From assembly GCA_951406725.2 (NCBI GenBank), contig OX597817.1, positions 122,202,001 to 122,266,000 on the forward strand: DNA of 64,000 nt, written 5' to 3'. The notes beneath the pieces are model-generated. The model saw nothing but the letters and a program-made list of their open reading frames with translations. It was not told the DNA's origin and ran no database searches. Within the stretch, counting starts at the first letter, position 1. The number at the start of each line of letters is the position of its first letter. Shown here in pieces: positions 49,821 to 63,880 of this stretch. The translations under genes and the position numbers were made by a program. The DNA is from Octopus vulgaris (lineage: Eukaryota).

Positions 49821-50804
49821 GCTCTATCCCTCCAGAACAAACCATGACAAAGAAAAATATAAAAATTAAAATTAAAAAAATATTGTTAACTTCTCAAATT
49901 CTTCAAACAGAGTCATAATAATACTTCTCCCTCTTTCGTCTGGTTTTAGTAATATCTCAATAACATATCATTATAGAATTATGTCTTTTATATAACTCTT
50001 TGTCATGAAAATGACATCAGATAAAAATATAATTAAATACAGAGTTAAAACAAATAATTGTTTCTTTTGTTTCAACTTGTAATTTCCCATTTAATAATCA
50101 TTATATGTTACATCAAGAAGACAAATAAGGTATGAAGCCTATAAATCGATACTGCAAAGCTTCCTGTAGGTTATTCTATTCTAAATATTTGAAACATAGA
50201 ATTGTTAATTCTTAAAGATAATGGTAGCTCGTTCAACGAATATTATTAAGATGCCATTAAGCATCGCTATGTCAACACTAAATCAACCCTTTACCAACAC
50301 TTTTTCAAACGAAACACTAAATAATTAGAAGATTATCTCATTATTTTTAACCACAAAATTATGTTTAAACCATGAGCATTATTGCAAAACATGATGTCAA
50401 CTTATCTCTGTTTGAAACAGAAAGCACAGATTAGTTTTGATGTATGCCTCCTCATAAAAATCATTCAATTTTTTTTTTCTTGTTTTTATTTTCAAATTTC
50501 AATTAATTTCACACACAACCAATATTGATTAAATGTACGTGGAAAGCAATCTATTAGAAACTGATACTTTCATAGACATGTCCTGATCTATTTTCTTTCA
50601 GTATTTCTTCCATGTTACATCAATTTATTTTCAAATCTGTTAATGCATCAATGTGAAAACCCCCCAAAATCTAAGAATAATTTCGATTATTTGACATGCG
50701 TTTTTCCCTTTCTTTCTTTTTTATACACTCTCAGAAGTATGAAGTGAATAGGAATATGTGTAAGAGTGTATATATATATATGTTTTTATATATTTATTTT
50801 TATT

Positions 50805-50851
<47 letters not shown>

Positions 50852-51297
50852 ATATATTTATGTATGTATTTATGTGTGAAACATAGTTCATTCTAGGTTT
50901 AAAACTATTTTTTTGTTATTGAATGGAATTTAATTTTGAAAACCTTTCATTATTATTCCTATTGTTTAGCCCCAGGTCAGCCCTGATCAAGCAAATGTAG
51001 GATCAAAAACTTTCCATCAATGCCTATTTTTTTAGATATCTATATCCAACGTATCCTTATACATTTAAGGCAGTAAATCGTGATTTTTAAGGAGATTTTG
51101 CTGCTATGTTTAGCAGGTCAAGCTACAGAATAAAGGTATCTTCAATGATATTTAGTTTTGTAATGATGTGGAGAAGAACACATGAAGTGATGCACATCAA
51201 CTGTATGTCAGAGAAGAATGCAATCACATAGTTTGCTGAAAAATTCTCAGGTGCACAATTACAAACCAACTTTCTTTAAGTGTTTTGTTGTTTTAGT

Positions 51298-51772
51298 TGT
51301 TGCTGTTGGCAATGGCAGTGGCAGTAGAAGTGATTGTGGTGGTAGTGGTGATGGCGGTGGTGATAGTGGTAGTCATAGTTGTGATCGTGATGTTGGTGGT
51401 GGTGATGATGGTGATGGTGTTGGTGATCATAGTGGGGAGATGGTGTTGGCGGCAATGAAAGTGATAATGATGGTGATGGTGGTGGCGACAGCAGTGGTGG
51501 TGGTGGTTATGGTTATGGTGATGGTGTTGGTGATCGCAGTGGTGGGATGCTGATGGTAGCAATGAAAGTGATAACGATGATGGTGATGGTGTTAGTGATA
51601 GCAGTAGTGGGTTGCTGATGGCAGCAATGACAGTGATAATGATGGTGGTGGTGGTGGTAGTGGTGGTGGTGGTGGTTATGGTTATCGCAGTGGTGAGATG
51701 CTGATGGTGGCAATGAAAGTGATAAGGATGGTGGCGATGGTGGTGGTTGTGGTGATGGTGGTGGTGGTGATG
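51298..51772. repeat. (GGT/GAT)-rich minisatellite with repeated GGCAATGAAAGTGATAATGATGG units
   Basis: Four degenerate copies of the unit embedded in (GGT)n. Confidence 0.85.
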
Positions 51773-52989
51773 CTATTTCGTCCCAGGTCAGCTCAAATCT
51801 GTTACAAATTCTATTCTAAAAATGACTGCAAGTGTAAATTCTTTATTTGGTTAGTATTTAAAAATATTTGTCTATATTAACTTAGAAACTAGCAGAGAAT
51901 ATTTACAAAGTAAATAAAGCATAAAGAAAATGCTGTTTTGAGAACACGGATGATATTTACAATCTGACACTAAAATTATTGACACATTTTAAGACCTACA
52001 AATATTTTTGAAGCCATGTACATTCTTCAAATATACTCTAAGTAAAATACATGTTTTATTTCATTATTTTTCCGGAATCTAGAATATTTATGAAAATTAA
52101 ATAAATAAATACATTTGTCCAAAATCGAATTAGAAACTGCTGGAATTATCAGTTGAGAACACATACAACAAGGGCTTCTTCTCACCTGTTAACCAAATTA
52201 CGAAGAAGGCAGCATGCAAAATATTCCTCCAGGTAAAATCTATATATGTGTATATATATATATATGTATATATGTATATATATGTAATCTATTATATGTA
52301 TATATATGTATATATATGCATATGTATAAATACACACACATATGTATATATATACATATTTATATCTATCTATCTATGTGAGTGCATGTGTGTAAATACA
52401 CATATATCATCATCATCATGATATATATAAATATATATATATAAATAGATAGATAGATAGATAGATAGATAAATGTATATGTATATATTATATATATATA
52501 TGCATGTGTATATTTGTATAAATATATGTGTGTGTGTGTGTGTAAGAATGTATATATATGCATTATGTATACATGTGTGTGTGTGTGTGTGCGTGTGCGC
52601 ACGCGTGCTTGCTTGCTTGTTTCAGTCAATCACATTTCTCAAAAATAATTCTATTACCTCATACAATATTAGAAATATTCTTCTGGTTTTAGATTTTATC
52701 TGATAGAAAGCAGTCTAAACATTAGTGTCTTACTTATCTCATACAAATTCATTTAACTGGTACAGATTCCTTTTAAAAATTCACAAAACTATCCCTTAAA
52801 ATATGTACCTTTACGTAACTGTCTTTTTTAAATGTCTTTTTATGATGTTTTGCATCTAGTAAAATAGTGTTGGAAATGTTTTTTGCAATGGACAATAACC
52901 AATCAAATTATAGTTTCTTTCTTTTAAAAGCTAAATGCTAATCACTTTATTTATTGTTTAGAGGAGAATTATAATTAACCTCAGTATAT

Positions 52990-53465
52990 TGATTTCAAAT
53001 TTTGGCACAGGGCCAGCAATTTTAGGGGATGGGTAAGTTGGCTATGTCGACCCTATTTTTCAAATTATACTTATTTTATCAATCCTGAAGGGATAAAAAG
53101 CACAGAAGATCTTGGTGGAATTTGAACTCTGGCTCCTGTGTCAGTGACATGTAAAAAGCACCATCTGAACGTGGTCAATGCCAGTGCCGCCTGACTGGCT
53201 CCCATGTTGATGGCATGTAAAAAGCACCCACTACACTCTTTGGAGTGGTTGGCATTAGGAAGGGCATCCAGCTGTAGAAACCTTGCCAGATCAGATTGGA
53301 GCCTGGTGCAGCTTACCGGCTTGCCAGTCGTTAGTCAAACCATCCAGCCGATGTCAGCATCGAAAGTGGACGTTCAACGATGATGATGATGATAAATATA
53401 AAGATGGAGAAAATGACACTAAGCATTTTGCCTGGTATGCTAATTGTTCTGCCCACTTACTGCCT
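52990..53465 (-). mobile_element. SINE family A (-) interrupted by an RTE-type 3' tail (53130-53392, +)
   Basis: Breaks after GGAATTTGAACTC; insert GGCATTAGGAAGGGCATCCAGCTGTAGAAA...(GAT)n. Confidence 0.7.
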
Positions 53466-54419
53466 TAATCAACCTCAATATATTACTGGGATATAAATTT
53501 GAGGAATGAAAGTTGAAGCTAATTCTGGTAAGATTTGAACATAGAACCAACGGGAACAAAATTAATGTAGCATATTTAATCCAAAACCTCAGCCTAAATA
53601 TGTCTACTAACATCTTCACCCAGTTTAGTATTGTTCTTTGTCCTTTCATTGTTTTCTCCTCAGCCTTCTCTCTGTTGTTGTACGTTAGTCAGCATGCTTT
53701 GATATTAACAACTTTTACCCATTGATGTCTCTTGTATGTTCTATCATTGTTTTGCTAGTTTCACCTCCATATAGCTTTGAAGAATTCTCATGAATTTTTC
53801 TTCAACAATGCTTCCTACCTAGCAAATTATATCTCTTTTCTGCTTTCACACATTACTACAAAATATATTTGTGTTATCTTAGACTATCTCTCTCTCCCTC
53901 TCTCTAATCGTTCTCATAATGTTCTTCTCACTTCTCTCTGATACTGACATAGTACATACACCTTATCATTCTATAACGATATTAGTTCAGCTTTTGAATC
54001 TCATAACAGTAGTAGGCAGCTTTAGTATTAATTTTCTCTTTATGCATTTAGAGCCTAGCTAACTTTGCCTTATTCTGATCCTAATTCCCAATTCTCATGG
54101 CACATAACAAACTGTCCTTAAGAAAAAGGAAAAGCCGCACTTACAATAAGCTTATTTTATCACCCACCAACACTTTCAGATTTTTTTTGTTCTTTTTTAA
54201 TTTTCTTTGCAACATTCTTTGATTCACTGATATCAGAAGGAAATCCCTTACCATAAATTGTTAAAAGACAAACTACTTTCATGGGATTAATATTCTAGCA
54301 TTATTGCATGTTTTCTAAGACCAAAAAGATCATAGAGGAGTCTAAAAAGCAATAATTATATTTATGTTTTCATCACAGTGAGATCCTAACATTTTCCCCA
54401 CAAACACAAGAAAGGAATT

Positions 54420-55240
54420 AAATAATTTTTTGTTTTTCACGAATTAGAGCATCGGGAAAAAATGTTTTGTGGTATTTGTTCCAGCAGTTTACATTCTGAG
54501 TTCAAATTCCTCCAAGGATCATTTCGCTTTTCCTCATTTTGAAGTCAATAAAACAAAGTACCAGTTTAAGTACTGATTCCTCCTGCAAAACTACTGGCCT
54601 AGTACCTAAATTAGAAGCAACCATCATCATCATCATCATCATCATCAACAAAGTGGCAGGCTGGCAGAATCCCTGGTGGATTGGACAGAATGCTTAGTGG
54701 CACTTTGGGTTTTATGTTCTAAGTTCAAATTCCACTGCGGTCGACTTCGTCTTTCATCCTTCCAGGGCCAATAGAGTAATTCCTGAGTACTGGAGCTGGT
54801 GCAACTTACTTCCTCTCCTTCAAAAGCTCTTTGCCATGTGCCTAAATTTGAAACCATTATTGTCTATTGTATATCATTATCATCATTATTATCATTATTA
54901 TTATTATTGATATTACTATTATTATCATCACCATCAATATTAGGATGCATTGCTGAGTGCCTTGGGTGTAGCACTCACAAACACGAGATCATGGTTTCAG
55001 TTCCTAGACCAGGTAGTGTGTTGGGTTCTTGAAGGAATGCTTCATCTCACATTGCTTTGGGATCTCTTCAAAACCTGACATGTGGTACACCATGCACTGG
55101 TTCAAACAATGTTGATTTGATAGAGAGTGTAGCATGAATGTTTAATCACTATAAACAAAAATCGTTTGTGCAAGTCAATCAGCAAAAGCTGAATGTTCAT
55201 ACATCATCTTCAAAAGGAGAGTCCATTATTTTTATTATTA

Positions 55241-55293
<53 letters not shown>

Positions 55294-56135
55294 TTCCAAT
55301 GTAGTTGACTTTGCTTTTCATCATTTGGTGGTCAATAAAAGAAGTACCTGTTGAATACAGGGGTTTATTGCTGGCTTTGTGCCAAAATTTGAAACCGTTA
55401 TTGTTATTATTCCAGTGAAGCCAACTTTGCCTGACATCATTCAGGATTAAATAAATAAGCACCAGTTGAGCACTGGGGTCAATGTAATTGACGTACCCAC
55501 TCCTCCAAAATTACTGGCCTTGTGCCAAAACTTGAAAACATTATCATTATTATTATTATAAAGGAATCATCATCATCACTATTATTATTACTATTATTAT
55601 TATTATTATTATTACTATTATTATTATGTTTTTTCCTTCTTTCTTCAAATTTTCTTCCGTTTCTCGCCAAGTGTTTTCTATACACCTAGGGCAGAGAAGG
55701 GCATTGCATGCATTCCCAGATTACACACAAAGATTCACAGATAAAATATGTATTTAAAAATTAATAAATAAATAAATTCATGGATGGATGTTATTTTCAC
55801 AGCGATAGTGCTCTTCTCAGTACATGAGCCGTTCCAGTTGATACGATTTTTTGCACTTCCTGAAGGTAAGCCTGGAATCATTTTCAAATAGGTTTCAGTA
55901 CCTTTTTTTATCATTTCTAGAGATCCTGCAATCACTGGTACTGTAGTCGCCTTGAGATGCCACATTTTTTTCAATTTCTATTAGCAGGTCTTTATATTTA
56001 CTAATCTTGTCAAATTCTTTCACCGCTATATTGTGATCACAGGGAATACTCATGTCAATTAATAAACACATCCTTTTTGTCTGATTATCATTATTATTAT
56101 TATCATTATTATTATTATTATTATCATTATTATCA

Positions 56136-56178
<43 letters not shown>

Positions 56179-56627
56179 CATTATTATTATTATTATTAAA
56201 GTGGTGCTGGCAGAATTGTTAGTGCAATGAATGAAATGCTTAGTGGCATTTCACCCATCACTATATTCTGCATTCAAATTCTGCCAGGGTCGATTTTGCC
56301 TCTCATTATTTTGGGGTTGATAAATTAAGTACCAGTTGCATACTGGGGTCACTCAAATCGACTGGTCCTCTCCCACAAGATTTCAGGCCTTGTGCCTATA
56401 GTAGAAAGGATTATTAAGGTGGCAAGCTAGCTGAATGGTAAGTATACCAGACAAAAAGCTTAGCGGTATTTCGTCCATCTTCACCTTCTGAGTTCAAATT
56501 CCACTGAGGTCGACTTTACATTTCATCCTCTCAGGATTGACAAAGTAAGTACCTGTTGAGTACTGAGGTTGTTGTAATCAACTATCCTCCTTCCACAAAT
56601 TTCATGCCTTGTGCTTTAGTAGAAAGG

Positions 56628-56658
<31 letters not shown>

Positions 56659-56680
56659 TATTATTATTATTATTATTTAT
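54420..56680 (+). mobile_element. Head-to-tail cluster of ATT-tailed SINE family A copies plus one family C copy
   Basis: Repeated CTGGCAGAA..GAGTTCAAATT..GGCCTTGTGCC..(ATT/ATC)n units near 54420, 54650, 55295, 55412, 56198, 56417; family C at about 54943-55230. Confidence 0.8.
55628..56085 (-). mobile_element. RLE (R4/Dong-like) LINE 3' end in (TAA)n
   Basis: CLLIDMSIPCDHNIAVKEFDKISKYKDL..KMWHLKATTVPVIAGSL..GTAHVLRRALSL*; (ATT)n on both sides. Confidence 0.88.
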
Positions 56681-56810
56681 TGTCTTTGCACAGCTTCTAA
56701 TGCTAGAGATGTACTATGGTGCCAGCTGTTCACTACCTGTGAACTAAGGTAACGCCCCTTATTTTTTGAGTACCATCTGGAGTATTCGAGTTGTTCCAAG
56801 TAGCACTGTT
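56680..56810 (-). mobile_element. Extremely 5'-truncated RLE LINE 3' end in (TAA)n
   Basis: TVLLGTTRILQMVLKK* (LLGTARILRxVL terminus), short UTR, (ATT)n on both sides. Confidence 0.7.
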
Positions 56811-56860
56811 TATTATTATTATTGTTGTTGTTGTTCTTCTTCTTCTTCGTCTTCTGCTTA

Positions 56861-56933
<73 letters not shown>

Positions 56934-57364
56934 CATTATTATTACTATTATTATTATTTTATCTTTTCATGCATTTTTCTCCCAAAGATTCTGTTTCCAC
57001 ATATCAATTACTACATTATCCATCATTAAAATATGAAAGTTGATATGGAAATGGAAAGGAAAAGTACTTTGAATTATTTTCATATTAATTACTTTGTAGT
57101 GATTCACTTTTTTTTTTTTCAAATTGCAAACTCCATTTTAAAGTAGTTCACTATTTCTTATTTTCTTCACAATCTTGCTGGTTGTCTAGCATTAGCTTCC
57201 CATAGTATATCAACAACAAAATATCTTGCACTTTTCAAGATGTTATAAGCATAAAGAGATGCATTGATATGTAAGACAACAAAATAACATAAAATAATGT
57301 AAGTGCTAACATATATAATATAGATACACATATAGTCATACAGTCAGTGGTATATGTGTGTGTA

Positions 57365-57566
57365 AAGGCAAAATGCATAGCCGTATTTCGTCTGCCGTTA
57401 CGTTCTGAGTTCAAACTCCGCCGAGGTCGACTTTGCCTTTCATCCTTTCGGGGTCGATAAAATAAGTACCAGTTACGCACTGGAGTCGATATAATCGACT
57501 TAATCCGTTTGTCTGTCCTTGTTTGTCCTCTCTGTGTTTAGCTCCATGTGGGTAGTAAAGAAATAG
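57365..57566 (+). mobile_element. SINE family A, 5'-truncated
   Basis: GTATTTCGTCTGCCGTTACG...GTAGTAAAGAAATA. Confidence 0.9.
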
Positions 57567-57627
57567 GTATATGTGTGTGTAAGGGTTTGTGTGTATATAG
57601 CCATGTACTTACTTGTACACTCATACA

Positions 57628-57664
<37 letters not shown>

Positions 57665-57669
<5 letters not shown>

Positions 57670-58170
57670 TTACTCTTTACTGTTTTACTTGTTTCAATCA
57701 TCTAACTGTGGCCATGCTGGAGCACCGCCTTTAGTCGAGTAAATCGACCCCAGGCGTAGGAGTGGCTGTGTGGTAAGTAGCTTGCTTATGAACCACATGG
57801 TTCCGGGTTCAGTCCCACTGCACGGCACCTTGAGCAAGTGTCTTCTACTATAGCCTCAGGCCGACCAAAGCCTTGTGAGTGGATTTGGTGGACAGAAACG
57901 GAAAGAAGCCAGTCGTATATATGCATATATATATATGTGTATGTGTGTGTGTGTATATGTTTGTGTGTCTGCGTTTGTACCCCTAGCATTGCTTGACAAC
58001 CGATGCTGGTGTCCTTATGTCCCTGTAACTTAACGGTTCAGCAAAAAAGAGACTGATAGAATAAGTACTCGGCTTACAAAGAATAAGTCCTGGGGTCGAT
58101 TTACTCGACTAAAGGTGGTGCTCCAGCATGGCTGCAGTCAACTGACTGAAACAAGTAAAAGGTAAAAGGG
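57665..58170. mobile_element. SINE family B 3' fragment (-, 57665-57753) abutting a full copy (+, 57754-58170)
   Basis: rc tail ..TCGACCCC joined to GGCGTAGGAGTGGCTGTG head. Confidence 0.88.
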
Positions 58171-58721
58171 TATATATACATACATACATAGATATATATA
58201 TATATACACACACACTCACACACATATATAAAGGAATGTATGCATGTACATACATTCATGTGTGTGTGTATTTTAATATGGCACAGTGTCTATCTTTCAT
58301 CGGTTTTTTTTTTTTTCTGAAACCAGCAATTAAGTCTTTGATCTATTCTGAACCTTACTGCCATATGACTAAACAACAGAAGATTGAAAATTTATAGAAA
58401 ATATATATTCCGATTCCTTTCAAACAATGTTGTTGATAATATTGTCATTAGGTTGTAAATTTATGTGCTGATTTCATGTGGAATCAGTTGCCTAGTAACA
58501 AGCAAGCAGCAATGACAATAGAAATTCTGCACTATTATCTACATTGATTAACGTTTTTCATTGTATTTTTTTCACAAATTTTCTAAAGATTTCACAGCAG
58601 GCAGAGAAGAAATAGAGATTAAAATATTCAAAGAAATAAAATATTCATATTTTAAATAATGTTTTCTTCACCACTCAGAAACTCAAATTATTTTAGTCAT
58701 ATATGTATGTATGTATGTATG

Positions 58722-58768
<47 letters not shown>

Positions 58769-58805
58769 GTTTATCTGTGTCTGTGTGTATGTAAGTATAC
58801 ATGTA

Positions 58806-58840
<35 letters not shown>

Positions 58841-60464
58841 ACATACATACATATACATATATATATGTACACACACACACACACACACAGATATACATAA
58901 ATATGGTTCATTTTTTTTAATATATTTTCATAGGTTTCTGTTCCATTTTAAACTAATGTTAAGTTTCCTTTTTTGCTTCCTATTAAAAACATCTTCGATT
59001 GAAAATATAATTTAGAAAAACATAGTTTTATTTATTTGTCTATTCATTTATTTATTCATTCATTTGTTTGTTTGTGACTATATTTATATTACAAATTTTA
59101 ACCTACATTACAAAACACAATCTATCTTGCACCGAAATTCTAAAACATTTCAGAATTGGTATAACATAGTTTAACATAACTGTGATATAACATTAGTACT
59201 AAATCTAGTTTGTGCAAAATACTTTTATTTTTTATGTACATTTGGAAGATTTTCTGTTTCATTAAATATATTCTGCATTTCTCTGCATGTGAGCTTGCAA
59301 GAAAAATGTGTGATTTTGAAAACTATATTTTTGTAAAAATGGTAAAATGCATATATCAGTCAGGAAGGAATTATTTGCAATTCTGTATTTCAAAAGAAAG
59401 AAAATAAAATCAATCTTAGTACTGAGAGAACAGATAATTAAAAAAGTTTTTGAAAAATATAAAATGAGAAAAAATATTTTCTGAAATAATATATCATGGC
59501 AGACTAGTTTTATCACAAAATCCAAAAATTCAATAATGCTAAGTACATAATGAAAATGATTGTTTAGAATCTAACAATAAGTCACTAGAGTACAAAGTCA
59601 AGAATTTAAAGGTCTTATTTTATTTGGTATTGTACTAAACATATGGAGGAATTTAATCAAAATACTTAATTCTCAATGTCTGGGTTCAACAAGATCTAAG
59701 AATTTATCACAGAATCATACAGTTTACTGTTATAATCAGTTGCACTACAGTGAGATTGATAAAATCCGTATCAGTCTGTTATACATTAATCATTTACTTC
59801 TGGGACCTGTGAATATTTCATGGAACTAATGATAAACTTATTGGGTTATTTCTAAAAACATTATCCAAAAGACCTGAAAGTGGAGCCTGTATGGTGTCTG
59901 TATCAAAAGATAGTTGCTTATCTGCTAATCATTGGAAAGTGAAGGAAATTGGAATACAATGATTACTTAATGCACTCTATATACACACTTTATATACTTT
60001 ATACACAATTCTAAAGACTTGATACACAACATTCTCCCTCATTCTCTCTCACTCTTCACCTTACCCTCTTTTTCTCTCTCCTTTATCTTTTGCTTTTCAC
60101 CTTTCACTTCAACAATCACATGAAAGCATTATGGACTGGCTAAGTAACGGAATAAAAAGAACTTAGTTAAAAAAAAAATTACACAGTTCATTCACCACCA
60201 CCTCTCTCTCTCCTCTCCCCTCCTTCCAATGCTCACCCTTCTCTTCCCATTCCTCCCTTCCTTCCCCCTTCAACTAATCATGTGGAAGTGTTACGGATGG
60301 GCTAAGTAATGGAGTGACAGGCAGACTTATTATAAGATTCAAACCCTCCTGTGAACCTTAGGAAGACAAATAATAATCTAGTGGATACAATAACACAATG
60401 AGGCTGTGGAATTAACCAGCATTTATAATCGATGAGTCAACCATTTAGGAACTATTACTGACTT

Positions 60465-61085
60465 GTATCTTTTACCTTTCGCTTGTTTTGGTTGTGAGAT
60501 CGTTGCGATGCTGGGGCACCGCCTTGAAGAATTTTTGTCAAATGAATCAACCCTAGTACATTTTTTTCTGTTTTTTAAGCCTAGTACCTTTTGTATTGGT
60601 CTCTTTTGCTGAACCACTAAGTTACAGGGATGTAAACACACCACCACTAGCTGGAAAGTGGTAGTGGGCGAAGGACACAGACAAAGGAACACACACACAC
60701 ACATGATGGGCTTCTATCAGTTTCCATCTACCTAATCCACTCACAAAGCTTTGGTCAGCTCGAGGCTATAGTAGAAGACACTTGCTCAAGGTTCCACACA
60801 GTGAGACTGAACTCAGAACCATGTGGTTGGAAAGCAAGTTTCTTACCACACAACCATGCCTGCACTCATACATACATACATACATACATATATATATATT
60901 TATTTATTTATTTATTTATATACGATGGGCTTCTTTTAGTTTCTGTCTATCAAATCAACTCCCAAGGCTTTGGTTAGCCTGAGGCTGTAGTAGAAGACAC
61001 TTGCCCAAGATGCCATGTAGTGGGACTGAACCTGGAACCTTGTAGTTGGTAAGCAAGCTTCTTACCATACAGCCATACCTGCACT
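60465..61085 (-). mobile_element. Two SINE family B copies (60465-60865; 60920-61085)
   Basis: rc family consensus, diverged. Confidence 0.82.
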
Positions 61086-61854
61086 TATTGGAAATATCTT
61101 GAGGGATTTTGTTCACTTTTTTTTTATTAAAATTACAATTGTTGTTGAAATTTTACTCTACTACAACATCCAATTTCACAAATATGTATCAAAATTGCCA
61201 GTGTCAATAAAAAAATAAGAAGGATATTTGTTTTGTTTTTTTTTGTTGTTTTTTTACATTGTAAACATGCTATAAATTGGAGAGACTGGAAATAGAAAGT
61301 GTTTTTTGATGCTTTAGCCAAAGGCATTAATGACACACATGCTGTGAAGTGGCTTTTACTGAAGAATCAAAACTACACAACATACTTGACTTTAGCAGAA
61401 GCTTAGCTCTGTTCTATGATGTATGCTGCTGGAGGTAGACATTCTTTATCATAAAAGTGAATGAGAGATTTTGATGTCACTACCATCAAAGGGTAAGAAC
61501 TAGAGACTGTTGAAGACAGTGATAAAATAGAAAACAATTTCTCAGTGCTGCCAGTAACATATAATGAAAATGAAATAAAAAAATAGGAATGAACTAATAA
61601 AATAATGATGAAAACAAAGTTTACATGCACAAAAATATACAGTACGATTGACAATATTAAATTCAGGAAACTCTTCTGTGATTGCATTCAAATGGAAACT
61701 GTGTGAAATATTGATTGTTTCCAACAAGGAACAAAGTCAGTATTTGTTAGGCACTTTATAGTCAAATGAATTAACCCTAGTGTGTTACTGCTACTTATTT
61801 TAGCATTCCTAATGTTACCGCCCCTATCTATAAGTTCTCATCTTATGATACCAA

Positions 61855-62282
61855 ACAGGCAGAATTGTATGAGCATTGCTAAAATTGGTCTTGTGACATC
61901 TGTTTTGACTCAAAGTTCTAAGTTTAAATCTTACTAAGGTTGCCGTCAACCTTTCAGGACCAACAAAATGAAGCACTTGTCAAATACTTGGGTTGCTGTA
62001 ATTGGCTAACCCCATCACCTTAAAACTACCGGCCTTGTTTCAAAATTTAAAACAATTATAAGATCTCAATATAAGACAGTTATTTAGGGTGGCAAACTAG
62101 CAGAATTGTGAGCATGCCGGGCAAAATGCTTAGTGGTATTTCATCTGTCTTTATGTTCTGTGATAAAAAAATGCCGAGTTCGACTTTGCTTTTCACCCTT
62201 TTGAGGTCAAAAAAATAAGTATCCGTTGAACACTGGAGCTAGATGTAATTGTTGGCCTTGTGTCAAAATTTGAAACCAAAAT
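61855..62282 (+). mobile_element. Two old SINE family A copies in tandem
   Basis: GCAGAATTGT..GGCCTTGT..AAAATTT units. Confidence 0.7.
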
Positions 62283-62514
62283 AAGGCTGATATTTAAATT
62301 ATCCACAGATCAATGATTTACAAATTAGTTAAAGGATTCCATTGGATTATCTGAATCAACATCATCATAAACCCGTAGTCAATTGTTTGTATTAAAACTG
62401 ATATGGTAATTAGTCTCTCAGGGACTCTGAAAAGAGACTATGAAGAAGGATATATTTCAGCATCATATAATTGTTGATTTACTAAAGAACCCCTCAGCAT
62501 AGAAAATATATATA

Positions 62515-63026
62515 TCTATATATATAAAACTGTAGTTGTGTGAGTGTCTGTCTCCTACGATTTAGATTCCTAACTACTCCCACATTTTGCGGTGCAGTTT
62601 AACCAAGTTCGGGTATCTTATAGTCGTGATTCATATCGAGCCCATCTGGCTATTAGTGCGCGTCTACGATGAGTCTACGATTTTAAAAATAATTTAACAT
62701 CATTTTTTATTCCATTTTAATGCATAATTTTTCGTGTGTCGATGGCGGCAGAGTTGGCGTCCATGGTCGCACCTGCACCTGTTTGCTTCTCCCCTTCTTC
62801 CCTCCCTCGTGAAGCTGTGGGAAAGGGAGTGTAAGCAAATCAACGTCGTAAAGCGTTGTCAAGGAGATCAGCGTTCTTTTAGAACAACGACTTCATGGCT
62901 TGAAGACACCAAAACAGAAATGGCTAAGAAAGCCCGAATTGGCATCTATAAGGGAAGTAACTCTCTAAAAATGCTTATATAGTTATTTCCCTTACAAACC
63001 CGAGCAACGCCGGGCGATACTGCTAG
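62515..63026 (+). mobile_element. Non-autonomous Helitron
   Basis: A|TCTATATATATAAAACTG start, CCCGAGCAACGCCGGG hairpin, CTAG|T end; CpG-rich relative to its surroundings. Confidence 0.85.
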
Positions 63027-63609
63027 TATATAATAAAATGAAATAAAAAGTAACTGAAGACTGCATTTTAAAGCAGGGTAGAAAGAGTTTTGTTGGCCTC
63101 AGTGCATGGCAATGTGGATAAGAAGTGCATTTCCCAGCCACAAGGAAAGTGTGTTTCCCAGCCACAATCCTACTACATGGCATTGGGTAGATCAATACTT
63201 TGTGATTGGAATTTTGCAAATGGAAACTGCTGAAATCTAATGTGTGTATTGAGTACATGTATATATGTGAGAGCATGCATTTGTGTACTTACATGTGTGT
63301 GTGTGTTTGTCTATGTGTGTGCATGTACCTTTCATCAATATATACCAGAAAAGAAAATAAATATTAGCAATGGGGAACAATGGTTGTTTTCAAATGAAGT
63401 CCATTGCAAGATTTGTTCCACACAATACAGAAACTCTGATGTCACTTTCACTATCAGAAATTCTGTAAACAAGTGATTGAAATGCTGCAAGCAAATAAAC
63501 CAAAGATAATATTGTTTACAAATTTTGCAACAAAATATATATTAACAGATACATAAATAAATGTATTAGATAATATTTGTAACAAAAAGGGATCACTTAT
63601 TGGGTATGT

Positions 63610-63880
63610 ATCCATTGATCTTGACTGCCAAATATTCCTAAGAGAGTCATGGGTATAGAGTCCTCTGGCATCTCCTCTAAAAGGTCCTATCAGAAGCAAC
63701 CATCATTAAATTTTCCAGCTGGATTCACAAGCATAAACCAACTGAGATTATGGATATTATCTTCTGCCAGTTGGCTTGGCTTGAAGAATCTGCTTTGTGA
63801 TACTTTCCTGTGACATTCTAACCACATGTCTGTGGTACTGGAGTTGTGAACTCTCAATGCAAATTTGAGAAAAGTAGAGT
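63610..63880 (-). mobile_element. RTE-clade (Rex3/Expander-like) LINE 3' end
   Basis: IESSQLQYHRHVVRMSQESITKQILQAKPTGRR then DNIHNLSW..MMVASDRT; homologous to 27562-27745. Confidence 0.82.

Noticed and set aside
51218-51880. His-rich and Gly/Val-rich ORFs
   Set aside because: Products of a (GGT/GAT) minisatellite; no splice or homology support
61386-61548. Exon-like segment on the minus strand (GGCAG acceptor, AA|GTATGT donor)
   Set aside because: Stops in all three frames and no recognisable homology; cannot be distinguished from chance
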